Part shown: in pieces, positions 58,520 through 64,000 of the stretch
Layout: every line of letters begins with the position of its first letter
Numbering within the stretch: position 1 is the stretch's first letter
IMG/VR virus record: IMGVR_UViG_3300020156_000001
Coordinates: 1 to 64,000 of that record
Length of the DNA: 64,000 nucleotides
Direction: 5' to 3' (one strand)
Origin: a virus
Taxonomy: Duplodnaviria; Heunggongvirae; Uroviricota; Caudoviricetes
Made by a program: the position numbers and the translations under genes
The notes under the pieces: model-generated
Databases searched by the model: none
The model's input: the letters and a program-made list of their open reading frames with translations, nothing else
Told to the model about the DNA's origin: nothing

Positions 58520-59161
58520 TTACAGACCACGGAGTGCTTGATCTTCTTCAGTCGAGCAACCAGGGCCGCCGAAGAAGTAGTTGAGTTCAACAAACGTCTT
58601 CTCGTCGCTTGTTGCAACCATCTTCATTGTAATTGAAGTACCGTGGGGAAGAACCGCCGGAGAGTTGGTCCATTCCTTGCTGAACTGTTTGACGCCAGCC
58701 TTGACTGCTGCGGCAAACTGATCAGCCGACTGATAACCAACCGAATTGCCGGCAGCATTGGAATTCTTTTCAGAAGTTGCCGGGCCGTACTTGCGGCCGA
58801 GAAGAACTGCCAGCTTTTCGTAAGCCTTGGTAACCTGCCAGCCGGTGCGATCGCCGCGGAAGACCTGAGAATATGCAGTCACGTTGCAGATGCCGTCGCG
58901 TGGACCACTGCGAGTTTCTACAGTGTAAGCGCCGAACATTGCATTCTTTTCCGGAAGCCCCTTGCAGTCGTAGAGGTCATCTTCGAACACCGTGCAGCCG
59001 AGTGTTTCGAGATCCGAATTCTGCGTAACGCCGAAGGGAGCAAATTCCGAAAGCTGAGCTTCCTTGGCCGGAGTTGCAGCCGGCGCATCAGCCATTGCTG
59101 GAGTTGCCGAAAGCATTGCGATGGCTGCGAGCGCAAACATTGACCTATGGGTGAATTTCAT
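58520..59161 (-). CDS. Secreted/periplasmic protein
   Basis: Signal peptide MKFTHRSMFALAAIAMLSATPAMA; AGGAGATCGAAA SD; terminator 58485-58507. Confidence 0.75.
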   Translation of the reverse strand: MKFTHRSMFALAAIAMLSATPAMADAPAATPAKEAQLSEFAPFGVTQNSDLETLGCTVFEDDLYDCKGLPEKNAMFGAYTVETRSGPRDGICNVTAYSQVFRGDRTGWQVTKAYEKLAVLLGRKYGPATSEKNSNAAGNSVGYQSADQFAAAVKAGVKQFSKEWTNSPAVLPHGTSITMKMVATSDEKTFVELNYFFGGPGCSTEEDQALRGL

Positions 59162-59228
59162 TTTCGATCTCCTATGTTTCAATAAACCAGTTCTAACACA
59201 GGATTAGGAGATGTCAACACCAGATATG

Positions 59229-59257
59229 GAAAAAGCTCCCACAAGGGGAGCCTTTTC
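59229..59257 (-). terminator. Intrinsic terminator closing the large ncRNA
   Basis: GCTCCC-acaag-GGGAGC stem, then TTTTTCCATATC on minus strand. Confidence 0.8.
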
Positions 59258-59259
59258 GA

Positions 59260-60270
59260 AAAGCCTGAGAATACAGCTTTTTGCGGTGACCTTCTAGGAT
59301 TATCCTTTGCCTTGCGAGCTAGGTTCCCTTTCATCCACATACTTGGCTTTCACCTAAGTACGTATCCACCAATGCTGCCGACTTGTATACCGCAGGCGTT
59401 AGCGGTGACATACGTTGCTATTCGACAGTTTCCAATCCACCGACCCTGCCGAGCCGTTCACCAGGCGCTAACCCAGTTATGAACCTTCTTCTATCAACAC
59501 ACTTTGGCTTGCGACCTCCATGTGACTCCATTAGCTTGCGCCTGGAGCATTAAGCACCTTTCACAACGTACCGAAACAGACTTTGCGTTTTCATATAGCG
59601 GTTTGCTAACCAAAAGCAGAGCTGTGTCAACCCATTAAGACGTGCTGTTTCCTGGTTTCATGAATGTTTCCATTCACCAAATGCCAGACGCCTCGTACCT
59701 TTCGCCTTGCGAGCTACTTAGTCATCCTTCACGGATTCAGCCGTTGCAGGCCGTATCCATTTGTATTGCCAGTTGCCCTTCCTTGCGGGGTCGGACTGAC
59801 CTGACTACACGTTGACCATTAACAGTCGACAAGTTTGCGTGAGCAGGTTAGCTTGCGGGCCTTACATCCTCACCGATCGGCTCTGGATGATTGTCCTTTC
59901 GGGACACCTTACTCCTTGTCTTCCTGTATAGTACCAACTTTCGTTGATACCTCCTACGCGGAAGGTCCGTGCTTGCTTAGTGGGGCCATATTGCTATGGT
60001 GCGCTTCATTGGGGATCCACGCTTTAAACTAAGTTGCCCTAGTCTATCCCTTTATCGGCCCTAAGCGGCCAAACTTTTTGGAATTTGCATTCCTGAACCG
60101 TTCTACTTGGGCCTATACAAGGTGAGCCTCGAATCTCACATCGTACCGGGGTTCCTGTATCGTACTACCTTTCCTAGTCCAACACGCTTGGGTTACTTTC
60201 CTCACCAAGCTACATTGTATAGGCCAAAGCAGAACCAGTTCCTGTTGCAAACGTTTCCGCTTGCGTCATG
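59260..60270 (-). ncRNA. Large ornate ncRNA (~1 kb), GOLLD-like
   Basis: No credible ORF; seven CGCAAG loops plus GAAA tetraloops on minus strand; own promoter and terminator. GOLLD identity is a resemblance from size, phage context and GNRA density, not verified. Confidence 0.75.
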
Positions 60271-60275
60271 TTCTT

Positions 60276-60304
60276 GTTATACGATAAGTCTGTTTCTGCC
60301 GCAA
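60276..60304 (-). promoter_or_regulatory. Sigma70-type promoter of the large ncRNA
   Basis: TTGCGG (60304-60299), 17 bp, TATAAC (60281-60276). Confidence 0.6.
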
Positions 60305-60434
60305 TATAAAAAATCAACTTTTTGTGAAAAAAGTTCTAAGCGTTTGAAAACAAAGGCATCTTTAGGTTATACATGACTTTGGTTGACATTTTTATAAACA
60401 GGTACTAGTATTTGTCTACACTAAGGAGACCCCA

Positions 60435-60632
60435 ATGGGCTTGTTTGATTACGGTTTTGAGAAGAAGCAGAAGAGCCCTAGCAGAAGCCTTCATGATGGC
60501 ATTGGCCTTATGATACTGCTGGCAATTATTTTGGTCCCACTGGGTATGTTTTTTCGGCTTCTCCCATATCTTCTAATCATTGGGGCGCTTTGGGCCGCAT
60601 TCTACTATGGGAGTCAAGCGTTAGGATTTTAA
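60435..60632 (+). CDS. Small membrane protein
   Basis: 65 aa, two hydrophobic segments, AAGGAG SD, plus-strand TTGACA at ~60383. Confidence 0.7.
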   Translation: MGLFDYGFEKKQKSPSRSLHDGIGLMILLAIILVPLGMFFRLLPYLLIIGALWAAFYYGSQALGF

Positions 60633-60646
60633 CGGAGGAACAAAGC

Positions 60647-60730
60647 ATGACCAAGAAAAGTATCGTGTACTATGGTAATGTGTTTCTTGTAGGAGTGGCT
60701 TTCATCTTCATCGGCTCACTCCTTTTCTGA
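60647..60730 (+). CDS. 27-aa single-TM peptide
   Basis: GGAGG SD; MTKKSIVYYGNVFLVGVAFIFIGSLLF; hairpin follows (~60737-60763). Confidence 0.5.
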   Translation: MTKKSIVYYGNVFLVGVAFIFIGSLLF

Positions 60731-60771
60731 CATGACAATGGCCCGGAATTATTCCGGACCATTTCCATGAC

Positions 60772-61101
60772 TTAGTTTGTAGTCTGTAGGAGTTCGATTT
60801 CCTCCGCAGTAAAGCCTAGATCCTTAGCGCGTTGGATGATTGCCTCACGCTTGGTGACCTTGTTTTGGATCTCAAGATCCTCGGCTGACGGTTCTTGCAG
60901 GTGCATTTCGGTGTACCACTTACCATCGTGGTACCAAGCTTCGCCCTTTATGACCGGGCAGTCGTGGCCCATAACGTAGTTCTTCTTCGCAAGCCGTCTT
61001 GCGGTGGATTCAAACTCGCAATACGCGCTTATGTATTGGCGGCCGCGGCCCTCGGTGAGATCAGTGTTTGTGTGAACAGTCCAAATCGTGCGCTTTTCCA
61101 T
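60772..61101 (-). CDS. Conserved-looking phage hypothetical protein
   Basis: NTDLTEGRG...ARRLAK..YVMG.DCP; GGAGA SD. Confidence 0.75.
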   Translation of the reverse strand: MEKRTIWTVHTNTDLTEGRGRQYISAYCEFESTARRLAKKNYVMGHDCPVIKGEAWYHDGKWYTEMHLQEPSAEDLEIQNKVTKREAIIQRAKDLGFTAEEIELLQTTN

Positions 61102-61325
61102 CAGAGTTCTCCCATTGCCCGCAGTTTGCGAATTTCAGCTTGGTCGGCGATACAAAGCATTGTTTCCGTATAAACCCAATCATCCAAATCCGATTTTCCC
61201 AGTTTAGCCGAATATCCGGCTGATGCTTTGCAATCGTCAAAGGTGTCAAACGTGAGGCCGGTTGGCCCACCTTTGGTTGTCATCATAACAAAGCCGAGAA
61301 GAATTGTTGGGAGAACCTTACGCAT
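61101..61325 (-). CDS. Small hypothetical protein
   Basis: Start MRKVLP after GGAGG; FDTFDDC motif. Confidence 0.55.
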   Translation of the reverse strand: MRKVLPTILLGFVMMTTKGGPTGLTFDTFDDCKASAGYSAKLGKSDLDDWVYTETMLCIADQAEIRKLRAMGEL

Positions 61326-61737
61326 TGGGAGCCTCCACTGTTGCGCAGTGCCAGCTTTCCATTCCGCCGCCATCCCAGTCGTACTTGAAGACTCCAACCA
61401 GACCATTATCTTCGGCCCATTGGAAGAATGACACCAAAGCAGTAGCATGGGCATGACTTGCAAATGCGGTACGAGCTTCGTTTACGCCCTTGATCGTTTT
61501 GCTGGGCCAGTTATAGCCGTTCCACGGTTCGTTTCTTGCAAGGCGAATTTTGCTTGGCGTCTTGTCCGACAGAATGTCTGCTTCAAGATCCGCAGCGATT
61601 TCCTTGAGCCGATCGGTGATCGTCGCGTTGTCCTTTGCAAACTTTGCTGCTTCCTGTTCGCGCATTCGAGTCTCAGCCAGGCTGATTGCCTGTGCGCGTG
61701 CTTCGTTTGCCGCTTTAAGCTTTTCACCAAGATTCAT
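61318..61737 (-). CDS. Hypothetical protein
   Basis: MNLGEK after AGGAGATCG; ends WDGGGMESW; promoter at ~61789. Confidence 0.7.
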   Translation of the reverse strand: MNLGEKLKAANEARAQAISLAETRMREQEAAKFAKDNATITDRLKEIAADLEADILSDKTPSKIRLARNEPWNGYNWPSKTIKGVNEARTAFASHAHATALVSFFQWAEDNGLVGVFKYDWDGGGMESWHCATVEAPNA

Positions 61738-61811
61738 TGCCGATCTCCTTTGCTTTGTTATGATCAACATAGCATGAATAGGAAGAACGTCAACCAGTTT
61801 TCTTCCTGTTT

Positions 61812-62207
61812 TTAGCCCCAAGTCAACTTGAATAGGACCCGCGCATCCCTATCTGGAATTCGCAAGTAGTTCAAGTAGATGTGTTCCTTAGCGGTGGAAT
61901 GGAACCTGTTGCGCTTGTATGTGACTTCCATCATTTCATATTCAATTTTGAGGTCTTCAAGCCAAGCTACCACTTCCGCTTTTAGTACGAAATGGTATGG
62001 TTGATCATATCGATCCATACCTTCAACTAGAGTAGGACTTAGATGCTCAAACTCAATAATATTCTCATTAGGGAGAATATACTGTTCTTCCGGATACTTT
62101 AGCTCCGACGCAATACCGTACCAAATACCGGGACCCGAATTTGACACCGTATTGGGTTTTACCTCAAGGCGATTGAGGTCTTTCTCTTTAACTATCAAAG
62201 TAGTCAT
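61812..62207 (-). CDS. Small protein, F-x4-DA-x2-FKL family
   Basis: EVVAWLED...IPDRDARVLFKLTWG. Confidence 0.7.
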   Translation of the reverse strand: MTTLIVKEKDLNRLEVKPNTVSNSGPGIWYGIASELKYPEEQYILPNENIIEFEHLSPTLVEGMDRYDQPYHFVLKAEVVAWLEDLKIEYEMMEVTYKRNRFHSTAKEHIYLNYLRIPDRDARVLFKLTWG

Positions 62208-62593
62208 CGCGGCACCGTTAGCTTGAAGCGAAGGAGATCATGCGGATCTTCAAAATAAAGGGAATATCGAGGTTCTCCATTTAGGTCCGAGATATCATCA
62301 TCGTCGATAACCTCATACACGCCAACACGCGCGGTATGTTCCTCACTTAGGAGATGAGCAATCCACCGGTTGCTTTCAAAGTGGTCTTCCGGTGCGAGTG
62401 TTTCCCAAAGATCCTTTGGTAGATCATCATGTTCGTAAAACACCCTACATTTGATTTTTGTGGGCACACGATAAAAATGTTCAAGCTCCGCTCGATAATC
62501 CTTCAAGCTGAGAGTCATCCGACTAATATATTCGATATTGTCGAATTTTACCTTAAAGTCATCGTAACTGATACTAACCATAGAATTGCTCAT
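62204..62593 (-). CDS. Small protein, F-x4-DA-x2-FKL family
   Basis: LYFEDPHDLLRFKLTV; GGAG SD. Confidence 0.7.
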   Translation of the reverse strand: MSNSMVSISYDDFKVKFDNIEYISRMTLSLKDYRAELEHFYRVPTKIKCRVFYEHDDLPKDLWETLAPEDHFESNRWIAHLLSEEHTARVGVYEVIDDDDISDLNGEPRYSLYFEDPHDLLRFKLTVPR

Positions 62594-63368
62594 TCAACAG
62601 TTTATCACTCCAGGAGCGGCCTGGATCCGAGAGAATCCGAAACTTTTTGTCCGTTGCTAGTTCCACTCTAACCCGCACGATATCACGAACTTCAGTGGAA
62701 TCCGCTGCAAGCATAACATGTCTGTGAGCTTCCTCAAGCACTTCAACTTCAATGCCCAAGCTATCAGGTACGATTGCACCCTTCCAATAACGGGGGCGAA
62801 ACGCGCAAATAGGTGTGATTGCCAATAGTGGAGCTTCAAGCGGTAGAATGGGTCCGCCGGCGCTGCGATTGTACGCGGTTGATCCAACTGGCGTAGACAC
62901 GATCAAGCCGTCACCAATAAGCTCTTCCAGCTTGACTTCGCTGTTTACGCTAATACGGAGCTTTGCAGCTTGGCTGCTTTGTCGCATCAACGAGATGTCG
63001 TTGATAGCAAGCAATTGGCTGCTTTCGCCGCTATCGGTCCAATACTCAACACGGATTGGGTTGATCTCTGTGACCACTGCATTTTGGATTTTGCTATTGA
63101 TGTCCGCGCTGAGGCTGCGGGTTTCATTCATGAGAAAACCAACTGAACCACAGTTGACACCATAGAATGGAATGTTGCGGCCCATATGCGCGTGAATCGC
63201 CTGTAGCATAGTTCCATCACCGCCAAGAACCACGATAACATCAGCATCATCGAAATTGTCTTCGGTTACCGTGTTGAAGCTGTCCTTGACAAATTTGGAT
63301 GCAATTTGTGCTTTTTCCGCTGGGCTTGCAACGATGCCAACAGTGGGATTCATGTTACGCCAAAGCAT
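62574..63368 (-). CDS. nadK: NAD kinase
   Basis: GGDGT, GSVGFL, AIND, DGLIVSTPVGSTAYNRSAGG motifs. Confidence 0.92.
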   Translation of the reverse strand: MLWRNMNPTVGIVASPAEKAQIASKFVKDSFNTVTEDNFDDADVIVVLGGDGTMLQAIHAHMGRNIPFYGVNCGSVGFLMNETRSLSADINSKIQNAVVTEINPIRVEYWTDSGESSQLLAINDISLMRQSSQAAKLRISVNSEVKLEELIGDGLIVSTPVGSTAYNRSAGGPILPLEAPLLAITPICAFRPRYWKGAIVPDSLGIEVEVLEEAHRHVMLAADSTEVRDIVRVRVELATDKKFRILSDPGRSWSDKLLNEQFYG

Positions 63369-63419
63369 ATTGGACTCCTATTTGGAATCCAAATTAGCAT
63401 GTTATGGAGATTGTGCAAC

Positions 63420-64000
63420 CTATAATGGGTTGCGAACGGCCAGCGCATAATGGTCGAATCCAGTAGAACCAACCATTGGTGACCAACTTACAAGATTGTC
63501 ACTATAAAATATAACACCGTTAGTACCTGAATAGTAGCGATTAAGAACCGTACTATATGCGAGGCTTCGTGTACCATTACCCTGCAGCACGTTTGCAGCA
63601 GAGTTCCAGTTAATTCCATCAGTTGTCCACCAAAACGCATCGCCGCCAGAACCGGCCAAAAGGGTATTGTTTTCCGCTACATAGATAAGCTTATCAAAGC
63701 CAATACGAGGAACCGCAGTTACTTCAGCCCAAGTTACTTCATCAGTGCTGCGATATAGATTTCCATATAGGTTTGCAATCCACCATGCACCAAACGCATA
63801 AGTGATTTCCATATTATAGCCACCAGTTGCAGGAATATCAAACCAAGTTGAACCGTTATCTGTGCTCTTTTGCATGTTTGGCCCCCAAGTCGTAGCAATG
63901 AGGTGACCATTGTTTGGATTGCGTCCCATACCATAGCTGTTTGAGCTAAGCTTGGAACCCCCCGCTGTTGCCCAAGTGTAACCACCATCATCCGAATAGT
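63420..64000 (-). CDS. Asp-box/BNR repeat beta-propeller protein, 5-prime part outside window
   Basis: Frame open to the edge; YSDDGGYTW, STDNGSTW, STDEVTW, TTDGINW, SDNLVSW repeats. Confidence 0.8.
   Translation of the reverse strand, partial: YSDDGGYTWATAGGSKLSSNSYGMGRNPNNGHLIATTWGPNMQKSTDNGSTWFDIPATGGYNMEITYAFGAWWIANLYGNLYRSTDEVTWAEVTAVPRIGFDKLIYVAENNTLLAGSGGDAFWWTTDGINWNSAANVLQGNGTRSLAYSTVLNRYYSGTNGVIFYSDNLVSWSPMVGSTGFDHYALAVRNPL

Noticed and set aside
59260-60270. rRNA fragment, tRNA cluster, tmRNA or self-splicing intron
   Set aside because: No rRNA signature, T-loop/CCA cloverleaf, tag frame or flanking exons recognised; not excluded without a covariance search.
59835-60376. Plus-strand 65 and 89 aa ORFs in the 1-kb gap
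   Set aside because: TTG starts without SD; region better explained as minus-strand ncRNA.
1-64000. CRISPR array, DGR, transposase/integrase, stop-codon reassignment
   Set aside because: No spaced identical repeats, reverse transcriptase or recombinase seen; long ORFs read in the standard code and all three stop codons end genes.

Overview
A 64-kb segment of a large dsDNA tailed phage (jumbo myovirus-like), probably infecting an alphaproteobacterium (Rhizobiales-type PlcP/Agt, NAD kinase, SLT and M15 genes; TTGAC-N16/17-(T)GCTA/GTTA promoters). Host and taxonomy are inferred, not database-checked. Layout: (1) 1-15694, minus-strand late virion genes (modular fibre/baseplate-like proteins, a collagen-like fibre, a subtilisin fused to a baseplate-like region); (2) 15.7-22.4 kb, small minus-strand genes including a PlcP phospholipase C + Agt-type glycosyltransferase pair and a ~520-nt structured non-coding element; (3) 22.4-44.2 kb, two giant plus-strand FG-GAP beta-propeller proteins that look like one ancestral protein split inside a LamG domain; (4) 44.3-64 kb, dense small minus-strand genes with sigma70-type promoters (2H phosphoesterase, cell-wall enzymes, ParB-like, NAD kinase), a ~1-kb GNRA-rich ncRNA (GOLLD-like) and most of a 12-member small-protein family ending in F-x4-D-A-x2-F-K-L. 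Six late TAAATA promoters each lie within a hairpin that would hide the downstream ribosome-binding site. No tRNA, rRNA, CRISPR array or transposase was recognised. All pairings and motifs were read by eye.
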